Source: a virus
Taxonomy: Duplodnaviria; Caudoviricetes
DNA: 64,000 nucleotides
IMG/VR virus record: IMGVR_UViG_3300028293_000005
Location: 9,874 to 73,873 of that record
Direction: 5' to 3' (one strand)
Shown here: one piece after another, positions 47,477-55,463 of the stretch
Position numbering within the stretch: position 1 is the first letter of the stretch
How the letters are laid out: every line of letters starts with the position of its first letter
Program-made: the position numbers and the translations under genes
Notes under the pieces: model-generated
What the model saw: only the letters and a program-made list of their open reading frames with translations
Databases searched by the model: none
Told to the model about the DNA's origin: nothing

Positions 47477-48546
47477 ACAGCGTCAGGGCGGGGAATAATG
47501 AGGCGGCGCACGTCGAGCGCGTGCACGGCGAGGTTCTTGTCTTCAGTCAGCCCGCCTTCAGCGGTTGCATAGATGGGCACCTTTCGAAAATTCTGGAAGT
47601 TCAGCCCCGCGTCGCCGGACCAGCGCCCGGTGTGCGCGCCAAAATACTTCAGGCCGAAGGGTAACGTGCCGTCGTCTTTCAGACGGGTCTTGATGGTCTT
47701 CAGCGTGCCGTGAAACTTGTTCAGCTGCCGATACGCGATGACGGCCTGTATCCACGGGAACCGCGGCGCGTATTCGGCCTCCCACTTCTCGAACGCGCCC
47801 ACGCCTTCCTTAGACTTGACCGGCGGGCAGGGGATGTTTTCCTTGCGGCAGGCCTCGGCCATGGCCTTGGGGCTCGTCGGCTTGGCGCCGGCAGACACCC
47901 AGGGCAACGCGTGCAGGGCGACTATCATCATCGTGTCGGTGATGCGCAGGTATTCATTCAGCAATTCCGTGTCGATTTGCACGCCCCGCATGCCCTGCTC
48001 GATGGTGAGGTTCGACAACTGCCGCTCATGCTCCGGCCACAGGTGCCCAAACTTGTCCCAGAGTTGCCAGCAATGAAACGCGTCGCTGCGCGCATAAGCC
48101 AGCATGCGCTCCCGTCCAGCCTTGTCTTCGCGCAACTGGTCCGATGTTTTCCCATTCGCGTCGTTGCGCGTGGACTTGTCGAGCGTGATGCCGAGCAAAA
48201 ACTGGCAGGCGTCGTCGAGCGCGCGACGGTTGCAGAGGTAACTGGAAAGATTGGCTGAACAATGCCACGCAGAAAATTTCACCTGTGGCGCCCAGCCCCG
48301 TTTCACCATCTCGTTGTAAACCGTCCTATCGAACTGAGCATTGTGCGAAACCAAAACTTGGTTTTCGAGCGCGCCCCAGTTGAAGTCCGCCGGTTTTCCG
48401 GCCCAGCAATTTTTCCCGTCACAGACCGATATCAGGTAAGGGTCAAAACGGTCGTCTCTGACGTATCTTTCTGCCCCCAAGTCCTGAATGCTATAATCCA
48501 GCTTGGTGGCGTAATAGGTTTCGAAGTCTACTGCGATACTTTTCAT
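47473..48546 (-). CDS. polA: DNA polymerase family A, N-terminal (3'-5' exonuclease/thumb) half
   Basis: Exo I AVDFET, Exo II SHNAQFD, Exo III YARSD, HTGRWSG..NFQNF. Confidence 0.9.
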   Translation of the reverse strand: MKSIAVDFETYYATKLDYSIQDLGAERYVRDDRFDPYLISVCDGKNCWAGKPADFNWGALENQVLVSHNAQFDRTVYNEMVKRGWAPQVKFSAWHCSANLSSYLCNRRALDDACQFLLGITLDKSTRNDANGKTSDQLREDKAGRERMLAYARSDAFHCWQLWDKFGHLWPEHERQLSNLTIEQGMRGVQIDTELLNEYLRITDTMMIVALHALPWVSAGAKPTSPKAMAEACRKENIPCPPVKSKEGVGAFEKWEAEYAPRFPWIQAVIAYRQLNKFHGTLKTIKTRLKDDGTLPFGLKYFGAHTGRWSGDAGLNFQNFRKVPIYATAEGGLTEDKNLAVHALDVRRLIIPRPDAV

Positions 48547-48887
48547 ACTTTTCGTGGACGGCCTTTCGCCGCCTTTCTTTTCCATGTTCGAAGCCGGTGA
48601 CAACAGGCACACACAAGGTCACATTTGGCTATCTCGGCAAAAAGCTTTTTCAACGAGTGGCTCCAACCTTGGGCCACACAAAACCGCTTTCGCCCCCGCA
48701 CATGGTCAAACTCCATGCAGGCGGGATGAAATGTTTTTCCGCAGTCCACGCATGGGTCTTTTTTAAGCTCGTCGATTATCCTTCTCCGGCGGGCATAATG
48801 CTTAACTTGGTTTTGACGCGAACCCCGACGAGCCTTCTTGCGATTCCTCTCGCGCCATTCCTTGGAGTATTGCGCAGCGGATTTCAT
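48543..48887 (-). CDS. HNH-like endonuclease, type A (copy 2 of 3)
   Basis: PCVDC..MEFDHV..EIAKCDLVCACCHRLRT. Confidence 0.8.
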   Translation of the reverse strand: MKSAAQYSKEWRERNRKKARRGSRQNQVKHYARRRRIIDELKKDPCVDCGKTFHPACMEFDHVRGRKRFCVAQGWSHSLKKLFAEIAKCDLVCACCHRLRTWKRKAAKGRPRKV

Positions 48888-48896
48888 TCTGCTAAT

Positions 48897-48925
48897 ACCA
48901 GTGGAGGGATTTTGCAGAATGTTAA
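48897..48925 (-). promoter_or_regulatory. Phage-type promoter TTAACA-N16-CACTGGT
   Basis: Exact 16-nt spacer; ATG at 48887; would drive HNH-polA-primase-sigma. Confidence 0.75.
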
Positions 48926-49152
48926 GTGCGTTCCCGGCAGGGATGAATGCAGAAGCGGTGTTCCGAAGCGAACCTCAAGACGCCGCCGGCTGTGTAAACT
49001 TGACTAAGGTTGTCCAACGTCATCCCATGTTCCTTCATGTATTCGTGCCCGGTGTTAGTCGGGCCGAACGAAAAAATTTCTTGGTTGAGAATGGAAAAAC
49101 CGAAATAGGTCAATCCTCCGATGCGCAGCTGGTAGTAGGTCAGTCGGTTCAT
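48922..49152 (-). CDS. Small hypothetical protein
   Basis: ATGA coupling at 49152. Confidence 0.5.
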   Translation of the reverse strand: MNRLTYYQLRIGGLTYFGFSILNQEIFSFGPTNTGHEYMKEHGMTLDNLSQVYTAGGVLRFASEHRFCIHPCRERT

Positions 49153-49460
49153 AGGGTGACGCCGCAAGACGGCGTATGTTGGACCTTGTTGGCCATGATT
49201 TTTCGGACCGCGATTTCGAGGCGGTCGCGGCACTTCTCCAGCGCGTAGCCGGTAGTGCAGCGCAAAGCCTCAGGGCACGGCGGCAGGTCGTGCAACGGTG
49301 TGGGCACCTTCGATTCGATTTGCCGAATGACGGTGTCCACCATTGCTTCTACCTCGTTAATGGTTTCTTTTGACACGCGCTTGAATTTGTCCGCGCGGTT
49401 GGTTTTGGAGCACAGCAGGAGATACTCCCGGCAATGGCTCTCGATGATTAGGTCACTCAT
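49149..49460 (-). CDS. Putative histone-fold protein
   Basis: LIIESHCREYL, FKRVSKETINEVEAMVD and PSCGVTL parallel helix 1, L1/helix 2 and L2 of minimal bacterial histones. Confidence 0.5.
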   Translation of the reverse strand: MSDLIIESHCREYLLLCSKTNRADKFKRVSKETINEVEAMVDTVIRQIESKVPTPLHDLPPCPEALRCTTGYALEKCRDRLEIAVRKIMANKVQHTPSCGVTL

Positions 49461-49578
49461 GGTTGCAACACAAGTAAATGACGCCGGCGGCGCAGAACAT
49501 CAAGAGCGCCGCGGGACCTTCGCCACACGCCCAGATGAAAAGCGCGGCCCCGAAAAAAATGGCAGCGAGGATTCTCAT
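49453..49578 (-). CDS. 41-aa two-TM membrane peptide (not in ORF track)
   Basis: Hand translation MRILAAIFFGAALFIWACGEGPAALLMFCAAGVIYLCCNHE; overlaps both neighbours. Confidence 0.5.
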   Translation of the reverse strand: MRILAAIFFGAALFIWACGEGPAALLMFCAAGVIYLCCNHE

Positions 49579-49781
49579 GTGAGTGCGGGTCCGCGGTAGA
49601 CGATTGAAATAATGCTGCAGCCCGGCCGATTCCGCTTGAAAACCAGCAGCGCCTCTTCAATGGTCGCGGCGACGACGGTCTCCGGCGATGACGCCTCAGC
49701 CGTGGCCAACAGGCACTTAATAGACGGCGCGGGGCCGGTGGTATATTGCGGTTGAACGAACTTGAATTCGAAAATGTTCAT
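49575..49781 (-). CDS. Small hypothetical protein
   Basis: Coupled overlaps at both ends. Confidence 0.5.
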   Translation of the reverse strand: MNIFEFKFVQPQYTTGPAPSIKCLLATAEASSPETVVAATIEEALLVFKRNRPGCSIISIVYRGPALT

Positions 49782-49996
49782 CGGGGTGATTGGTGTTCGG
49801 GATTGATGTGGTGTCCGAGTTTCTTCGCGATTGCCGGGCCGGAGGCACCGACTTTTGCGTATTTGGTTTTGCGGGGCTTGGCGCCCACATGCTCGGCCTG
49901 GGCTTCATCTGCCGGCAAAGACCGGCGTTGCTGCTTGAGACGCCCGAAGGCATCGCGCGCGGCTTCTTTCCGTCTCGTGCTGTTCTTATTCGCCAT
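49778..49996 (-). CDS. Small basic hypothetical protein
   Basis: K/R-rich; coupled overlaps. Confidence 0.5.
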   Translation of the reverse strand: MANKNSTRRKEAARDAFGRLKQQRRSLPADEAQAEHVGAKPRKTKYAKVGASGPAIAKKLGHHINPEHQSPR

Positions 49997-50108
49997 GTGT
50001 GTTCTTCTTGTTTTCGGCCCGGCTATACGCCTTGGCCGAGGGTTTGACTTTGGTTACCGGACGCAGGTTTCCCCACGTCTTACGAATCTTGATTGGCCTC
50101 GGTTTCAC
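49986..50108 (-). CDS. 40-aa basic peptide (not in ORF track)
   Basis: GTG 6 nt after a -10 box; KIRKTWGNLRPVTKVKPSAKAYSR. Confidence 0.55.
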   Translation of the reverse strand: MKPRPIKIRKTWGNLRPVTKVKPSAKAYSRAENKKNTHGE

Positions 50109-50114
50109 GCCGCC

Positions 50115-50143
50115 AATCTCGCACACGGTCGTTCTTTTGTCAA
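50115..50143 (-). promoter_or_regulatory. Canonical-type promoter TTGACA-N17-GAGATT
   Basis: Immediately after a terminator; leaderless start follows. Confidence 0.6.
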
Positions 50144-50154
50144 ACAACGAAAAA

Positions 50155-50188
50155 GCGGACCGAGGGGAAGAACGAACCCCCGGTCCGC
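50155..50188 (-). terminator. Intrinsic terminator after the SSB-like gene
   Basis: GCGGACCGGGGG-loop-CCCCTCGGTCCGC followed by TTTTT on - strand. Confidence 0.8.
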
Positions 50189-50206
50189 CCGTGGCGAACG
50201 GAGCCC

Positions 50207-51025
50207 TTAGGCGCCGATGATTGATTTCAGGAACGTCTGGAACAGGTCGCTATTACGCGCCGAAGGCCGAAGCTTGGGCACGAAATAATAGTTGTCGTCC
50301 TTGCTCTCCTTCTTCGTGGTGAGCGTCCAGGCGTGCGCGAGGTAGGTCTTGCGCAGGGAACCGCAAGCCCGTTGGGTGCGGATGACTTTCGCTCCCTTGG
50401 TATAGGCGCTGCCCTTCATGCCCCAGAGTGCGAGCGCGAAGTAACGGGGAGGAGTATTCTCGTCCGGCTGGAACGAATACGGGAAAACGTATTGGTCCGG
50501 GTCGGCGAAGTCCGCAGGTTTTTCCACCAGCACTAAGGCAGTGGCCAGGGTCTGGAAGTAGGCGAGCGGCTTGCCGCTGGCCTTGGACGCGTCCCATTCT
50601 TTCCAGTTCAGCGTGCCGTTGTTTTTCACAACGTCATTCTCGCTGTTGAAAAGACGGCCTTGTTTCCCGCCGGCCAGTTTCTCCGCGTATTGCAGCGGGC
50701 GAAAACCGAGCACGGTGAGCGATAGCGGCGCGGGCTGCTCCTCGTCCTTGATGGGCGCGGGGAGGATTTCCTGCTCGCCGGCCAGCGTCACGCTGCCGGG
50801 GGTGAACCCGCCTTCAGCCATCAGTTTGCCGACGAACTGGATAATGTTCAGCCGGGGAAAAGCGATGTCCTCGTAGCGAATTGCGTCCTCGTCGAAGTAG
50901 CTGGACTGCGCCGGGCGCGCCACTTCGTTGCCGGTCGGTTCAGCCGCCGACGGTGCGGGTTCCGGGGTTACCGGAGTCGTGGAGTCTTCGACCCCATCAC
51001 GAACGAAACTAACGGTGTCACTCAT
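50207..51025 (-). CDS. Putative ssDNA-binding/annealing protein
   Basis: EDIAFPRLNIIQ..G..PG pattern; slot between nuclease and polymerase; followed by terminator. Confidence 0.5.
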   Translation of the reverse strand: MSDTVSFVRDGVEDSTTPVTPEPAPSAAEPTGNEVARPAQSSYFDEDAIRYEDIAFPRLNIIQFVGKLMAEGGFTPGSVTLAGEQEILPAPIKDEEQPAPLSLTVLGFRPLQYAEKLAGGKQGRLFNSENDVVKNNGTLNWKEWDASKASGKPLAYFQTLATALVLVEKPADFADPDQYVFPYSFQPDENTPPRYFALALWGMKGSAYTKGAKVIRTQRACGSLRKTYLAHAWTLTTKKESKDDNYYFVPKLRPSARNSDLFQTFLKSIIGA

Positions 51026-51359
51026 TTTGGTTTTTGGTTTTGGTTTGTTTTCTACGATTCGCCGTGCGAAGGCGGTGGCAACAAGCACACACAATTTCGC
51101 ACTTTGAAATTTCTTCTTTTAACCGGGAGAGTCCCGTCATTGTTTTTACGCGGTCACTTATTGACCAGGACTTGTCCCGCAAGTGGTCAAAGTCCATGCA
51201 CACGGCCGGGAAAAATTGCCCGCAATCCGCGCATGGAGATGCTTCTTTAATGGCGTTGACCATCGCCTTATTTCTTTGAATTAGACGTGACCGATAGGCC
51301 TTGAACTTCGCCGGATTTTTCCGACGGTATCCGCGGTGATAGGTTCGGCGCGATTTCAT
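51018..51359 (-). CDS. HNH-like endonuclease, type A (copy 3 of 3)
   Basis: PCADC..MDFDHL..EISKCEIVCACCHRLRT. Confidence 0.8.
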   Translation of the reverse strand: MKSRRTYHRGYRRKNPAKFKAYRSRLIQRNKAMVNAIKEASPCADCGQFFPAVCMDFDHLRDKSWSISDRVKTMTGLSRLKEEISKCEIVCACCHRLRTANRRKQTKTKNQNE

Positions 51360-52519
51360 TTCCGCTTTCCTCGCGTGTCCATTTTCAAATACGCGAAAGG
51401 TTCAGACTCATCCACGGCTCCGGCCTCCAGAAGGTCCTTACCGAACTGCTCAACCGTATCCTCCTTTGAACCGCGGGGCGCCTCGACCGAAATTAAGGAT
51501 TCAACTGGCCCGATTGGAATTTCAAAGAGCGCCATCAACAGGGGCCATTTATCCTCGGGAAGATACCGCTTGGCGACTTCCACCAGCCCCGCCGCGCTGC
51601 GAACCGAACGACGCGTAGCCGAAACAAGTCGGTAACCCTCGGGAAGAAAACCATCCTCCATGATTGCCTTATTCGTTGCCTGCGCACGATACGCCTCGCT
51701 CCATGCTTTCAGGACTTGCGCGACTTGAAGCCCAAGGCCAACCATTCGGGGGTCTTGCATCAGCGAGGGAGTCAAAGAGTCCGGGATATCAATGGGCCTA
51801 TATTTACGACCCACTCGAAGGGCAAGTTCCGCGACCTTCGGGCACCGCCCCAGCTGTCCGCAGAATGAACATGCGGACACGCTGGGCGATGCCATCAAAA
51901 AGTCTCCCGCACGATTAGCCTGGACCGCCCTGTGCACGACTGTTTTTATGCGCAGCAATAAAGCATCAGCACTACTCAGGTCGATTGTGTGCGAGTCGAG
52001 TTCATCTCGATGCGGAAGAATAAAAGTCACACTGCAGTCTTGCAGCGTTGGAAAACGTTTGAGTAGGCCGAGCGCATAGGCCAAGCCCTGGAGATTGTTG
52101 TCCGCAGACTCCACAGCATGTTGACCCATCTTGAAGTCTACGATTTCGCCGTGCAGGCCGTCCGCGGTCACGAGCGAGAAGTCCGCGAAGCCGGCTGTCG
52201 TGCCATCGAAAACAGTGCCGTCCGGCGCAATAATTTTCTCGTCATCTACTGGTAGATATTGCTCACGGAGGACGGCGCAACCGGGGAATTTTTTCGCGAG
52301 GTCGTCACAGAAAAGCACACATTGAGCAACCGCGGCTGCCTGGGCATCAGACAGCCGCGGGTCATCCATCCTTGTTTCGGCAGCCTCGTGCTGGCGTGTG
52401 CCTGCTTCTGCCGCCGTGTTGGTTCCACCAGTGGGCATCCAGCACGGACAAGCTTCGCGGGCTTGTAACGTGCTCGGGGAGTAACAATGGTGTTGCTTCG
52501 TCTCAGGCATATCTCTCAC
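51356..52519 (-). CDS. DUF2800-like PD-(D/E)xK (Cas4-like) exonuclease
   Basis: YSPS..CP..AEAGTRQHE; GFADF; IVDFKMG; NLQGLAYALG; CSFC..CP. Confidence 0.8.
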   Translation of the reverse strand: MRDMPETKQHHCYSPSTLQAREACPCWMPTGGTNTAAEAGTRQHEAAETRMDDPRLSDAQAAAVAQCVLFCDDLAKKFPGCAVLREQYLPVDDEKIIAPDGTVFDGTTAGFADFSLVTADGLHGEIVDFKMGQHAVESADNNLQGLAYALGLLKRFPTLQDCSVTFILPHRDELDSHTIDLSSADALLLRIKTVVHRAVQANRAGDFLMASPSVSACSFCGQLGRCPKVAELALRVGRKYRPIDIPDSLTPSLMQDPRMVGLGLQVAQVLKAWSEAYRAQATNKAIMEDGFLPEGYRLVSATRRSVRSAAGLVEVAKRYLPEDKWPLLMALFEIPIGPVESLISVEAPRGSKEDTVEQFGKDLLEAGAVDESEPFAYLKMDTRGKRK

Positions 52520-52523
52520 TCTA

Positions 52524-52552
52524 ACCAGTGGAGACTTTTCCGGAAATGTTAA
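52524..52552 (-). promoter_or_regulatory. Phage-type promoter TTAACA-N16-CACTGGT
   Basis: Exact 16-nt spacer; GTG at 52519. Confidence 0.75.
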
Positions 52553-52734
52553 GAGCCCATCACTCTTTTCTTCATCTTCTCGTGCCGAGGATGAAAGTCC
52601 GGGTTGTGTTCAACCGCGTTCAACAGGCGTTCCTGCGCCTTGGCTTTTGCCTTGGTCGTGTGCTTGGCTTTAACGCCGCCGGGAGTCCGGACGGAGTAAG
52701 AGCCGCCTTTGTTCTTGCTGATTTTTACTGGCAT
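52549..52734 (-). CDS. Small basic hypothetical protein
   Basis: VRTPGGVKAKHTTKAKAKAQERLLNAVEH. Confidence 0.65.
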   Translation of the reverse strand: MPVKISKNKGGSYSVRTPGGVKAKHTTKAKAKAQERLLNAVEHNPDFHPRHEKMKKRVMGS

Positions 52735-52946
52735 GATTTTTCACCACCTTTCTTCGGGGTCAAACCAAATGTGACCCCGTCGTATTCGCTGTCCCTCTTC
52801 GGAACATAAAACCATTGCATGACGCCGCAGGCATCTGTGTAACATTCCCAATCTGTGTAACATTCCCAATAGCCCCCGCGCTTCCCCAGCGCCACCCAGG
52901 CGGGGTTCAGTCGCGCGTGTGCGCGATATTGCATACAAGGCCACAT
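52725..52946 (-). CDS. Small hypothetical protein containing a duplicated WECYTD
   Basis: Packed between neighbours. Confidence 0.4.
   Translation of the reverse strand: MWPCMQYRAHARLNPAWVALGKRGGYWECYTDWECYTDACGVMQWFYVPKRDSEYDGVTFGLTPKKGGEKSCQ
52833..52868. repeat. Perfect 18-bp tandem duplication ATCTGTGTAACATTCCCA x2
   Basis: Read directly. Confidence 0.9.
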
Positions 52947-52948
52947 AA

Positions 52949-53143
52949 TCAAAGAGGAAGTTCGAATTGTTCGGGACAATCGGGCAAGTCCTGCCATCGT
53001 CGCACGATTTGGTCACCACGAACATAAGCGCGACCATTCCAACGCCAGCCATTGGCCAGGGCATTTTTAATTCGTCGGGTTTGCGCGGAGGTCAGCCCCG
53101 ATGGGTCAGTATTCGAGTCGGATGACTTCGATTGACCCTTCAT
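52949..53143 (-). CDS. Small hypothetical protein
   Basis: ATG at 53143; ends EQFELPL. Confidence 0.45.
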   Translation of the reverse strand: MKGQSKSSDSNTDPSGLTSAQTRRIKNALANGWRWNGRAYVRGDQIVRRWQDLPDCPEQFELPL

Positions 53144-53693
53144 AAATAAAGGACGCAACCGGTGCGAATTTTGCCGTCTGTGGTTCGAAGAAGAACACCT
53201 CGCCGTCGTTGCGGACGATGAAAATTATAACGTGGAGCCCGGTCACCCACGGCTCGTCGTCGCGAAAGAGCGAGTAAGGCCCGTCCAGCTTCACGTAGGC
53301 CTTGCCTACGAGCGCGCCGGGCAGCTCGCCATGCCAATGACGCACGGACCAGCAGGACGCGAGGTATTTGAATTCGGTTGCTTTGTCGTCGCAATCGAAG
53401 ACCTCCTCTATCCACGGAAACATTTCCTTGCGCGCCGCCCAAAACTTCACGAGGTCCTCGATTTCCGCTTGGGTCAGGGTCATGTAAGTTCCGTCCTCCG
53501 GCCCCAGCAGATACGGATTGGGGTCCGGCGGGCACCAGTTGACCTTTTTGCCCAGCAGAGATTCCGCTTCCTCCCAGGTCATATACAGGGGCGAGTCTTG
53601 CGGCGCTCGCGGCACATTGCAGAGGATGGGAGAAGGAGGGTCGTCGGCCAGGAGTGTCCCCGCCGCCAGGAGCAAAGCTAAAAATGTCTTCAC
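53106..53693 (-). CDS. Secreted papain-like protein (DCDD...H...EPQ family)
   Basis: Signal peptide MKTFLALLLAAGTLLA; FDCDDKA, LHVIIF, FFFEPQT. Confidence 0.65.
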   Translation of the reverse strand: MKTFLALLLAAGTLLADDPPSPILCNVPRAPQDSPLYMTWEEAESLLGKKVNWCPPDPNPYLLGPEDGTYMTLTQAEIEDLVKFWAARKEMFPWIEEVFDCDDKATEFKYLASCWSVRHWHGELPGALVGKAYVKLDGPYSLFRDDEPWVTGLHVIIFIVRNDGEVFFFEPQTAKFAPVASFIYEGSIEVIRLEY

Positions 53694-53707
53694 GTTCTTT
53701 CATAGAA

Positions 53708-53736
53708 AGAAGTGGCGGCAGAGGCAGTTTTGTCAA
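53708..53736 (-). promoter_or_regulatory. Phage-type promoter TTGACA-N16-CACTTCT
   Basis: Exact 16-nt spacer; GTG at 53693. Confidence 0.7.
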
Positions 53737-54041
53737 GACATATAATTGCGAAGTGCCTCATACACTCCGCGGCGATTCATCTCCGTCAAAATTCGAAGGT
53801 GCAGCTCGAACCATTCTCGCTTGTGGTTCGGGTATCGCAGGTGTGCCAGCTCGTGCGACAAGGTGTCAATGAGGTGATACGGATAGATGCGGTAGCCATG
53901 GCGCCGAAGCTGGATTCGAATGCGCCCATTTTTGCAGTCCCCGAAAAACTTCCGGCGCGGCCCGAGCCAGCCAACCTTCTTCAAGGGCAGACCGAAAAGG
54001 TGCGCGAAGTCGCACAGGATGTCTTCGACGTAGTCCTTCAT
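53733..54041 (-). CDS. Small zincin metallopeptidase (WLM/YgjP-like)
   Basis: TLSHELAHLRYPNH..WF. Confidence 0.75.
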   Translation of the reverse strand: MKDYVEDILCDFAHLFGLPLKKVGWLGPRRKFFGDCKNGRIRIQLRRHGYRIYPYHLIDTLSHELAHLRYPNHKREWFELHLRILTEMNRRGVYEALRNYMS

Positions 54042-54289
54042 GCGCCAGGAACGTGGATTTTGCCATGCACCACGCGGCCGTCCGCGCAGCGGGTGATGCC
54101 GTGCTCCGCGCTGTAGATACCGGCCTTGGGTGCCGGCGCCACCTTCGCGTTGTGAGCGTAGGGGTCCCAACGGGGCCACAGCTTTTCCGAGAGCCACTGG
54201 CTGGGCCAGAGCAGCATGAGCAACTCTTTCGGATTCGGGATGCCGAAGTGACGATAGAAAAATTTGATTCGTGACCATGCCGCTTTCAT
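54038..54289 (-). CDS. Small hypothetical protein
   Basis: Coupled overlaps at both ends. Confidence 0.45.
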   Translation of the reverse strand: MKAAWSRIKFFYRHFGIPNPKELLMLLWPSQWLSEKLWPRWDPYAHNAKVAPAPKAGIYSAEHGITRCADGRVVHGKIHVPGA

Positions 54290-55215
54290 CAGCTTTTTTC
54301 GGTAAGTTGTTTCAGCAGCGGAGCAACGTTGCCGCTTTTGTTTCGGTCGTCGATAAGCTTGCCACACGCCTTGGCGTCAAGCTTGATTGCCATGCACGCC
54401 ATTATATGGGCCTCGTGCGGCAGGCCGGACTCCTCGTCAAGGTCCTGCCCATCGAGCACGGCGAACAGGTGCCGTAAGGCAGCCTCGTCGTAGACCGTTG
54501 CGCGCACCGCGGCGTCTCGCCAATTCCAAGGCCCATATTTTTTCGCGCCGAGGGCCATTACTTTCGCAAGGTAGACGAGCCCGATGGTCGGCAGCAGTCG
54601 CAGTGGTGGCTTCTTGGTGCCGGCAATGTCCTTGGGGTTGGACGAAACCGTGGGCGGCTTGTCGTTGGGCACCTGCACAAACATGCCGTGAGCGTCGGCT
54701 TCAAAACGCTTCGCGCAGCGCCAGTCGAAAACAGCCTTCTCCGCTTGCGCACCCTTAGACTTTTCGTAGCCCGGGAGCGCAACGTAGCCGGCGCAGGACA
54801 GGATGGCGCGCAGGTCCCGACGCACGACCTGCTCCGCGTCCATGCCGTCGGGATATTTCGTGAAGTCGTGGTCCTTGGCCAACGACTCGATTCGAAAACC
54901 GTCCTGGCGGTCCAGCTCGGCCGGGTTCACCGGGTCGTAGCCGGCGTTCTTGAGTCTCGCGGCCATTTCGTAAAAGGCCGGGAAGTTGTATTGGTCATGC
55001 CCTCGCATCGGGCCGAGGATATAAATGGCCAAGGGGTTCACTCGCGTCGGTAACGCCAGCGAGTCGCTTCCATTCGGCGAACCATGCGCTGTCGTGCCAG
55101 GGTTCGTGATACCCGCGCCGAGGTCGGCCGGAGCTATCGGGATAAAAGCCGTTTCCCTCGTCGCATTTTCTGTTTTCAGTTTGGTCACAAGTTCGTGCAG
55201 TTCTTGGAAGTTCAT
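54289..55215 (-). CDS. Fusion of DUF4406 (deoxyribosyltransferase-like) and DUF5664 (dATP/dGTP diphosphohydrolase)
   Basis: IYILGPMRG..NFPAF..NPAE..LPGYEKSKGA.AE; NPKD..KPPLRLLP..GAKKYGPWNWR..RH..DEESGLPHEAH. Confidence 0.8.
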   Translation of the reverse strand: MNFQELHELVTKLKTENATRETAFIPIAPADLGAGITNPGTTAHGSPNGSDSLALPTRVNPLAIYILGPMRGHDQYNFPAFYEMAARLKNAGYDPVNPAELDRQDGFRIESLAKDHDFTKYPDGMDAEQVVRRDLRAILSCAGYVALPGYEKSKGAQAEKAVFDWRCAKRFEADAHGMFVQVPNDKPPTVSSNPKDIAGTKKPPLRLLPTIGLVYLAKVMALGAKKYGPWNWRDAAVRATVYDEAALRHLFAVLDGQDLDEESGLPHEAHIMACMAIKLDAKACGKLIDDRNKSGNVAPLLKQLTEKS

Positions 55216-55430
55216 TAGCAGGTTGGTCCGGTGACGTCATTGTCGGAGTGGGGTTGAGAGACACGAGGGCGGTCGAGCGATGGCATACACGCGAGACGGG
55301 GGTCGGCCTCGCCGCAGGTCGCAATGAGACGGCCGTTCCAATTTGCACAGACCGCATCCACGAATTGTTGGTTGCGACGATGCGCTTCGAGCACAAGGTC
55401 GCGGAGGTCACGATAGAATTTTTGGTTCAT
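55215..55430 (-). CDS. Small hypothetical protein
   Basis: TAATG coupling. Confidence 0.5.
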   Translation of the reverse strand: MNQKFYRDLRDLVLEAHRRNQQFVDAVCANWNGRLIATCGEADPRLACMPSLDRPRVSQPHSDNDVTGPTC

Positions 55431-55463
55431 TTTGATTTTGGTTTTGGTTCGAAAAAATTTTCA

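Noticed and set aside
51356-52519. Cas4-like gene as a CRISPR component
   Set aside because: DUF2800-type replication/recombination nuclease context; no other cas genes
53140-53736. 198-aa alternative frame with an ATG right at the promoter start
   Set aside because: Low-complexity translation; the overlapping GTG frame has a clean signal peptide and catalytic motifs. A short regulatory use of this ATG cannot be excluded
54289-54700. 2-aminoadenine (Z) genome pathway
   Set aside because: DUF5664 alone is insufficient; no PurZ or DatZ-like HD hydrolase recognised in the window
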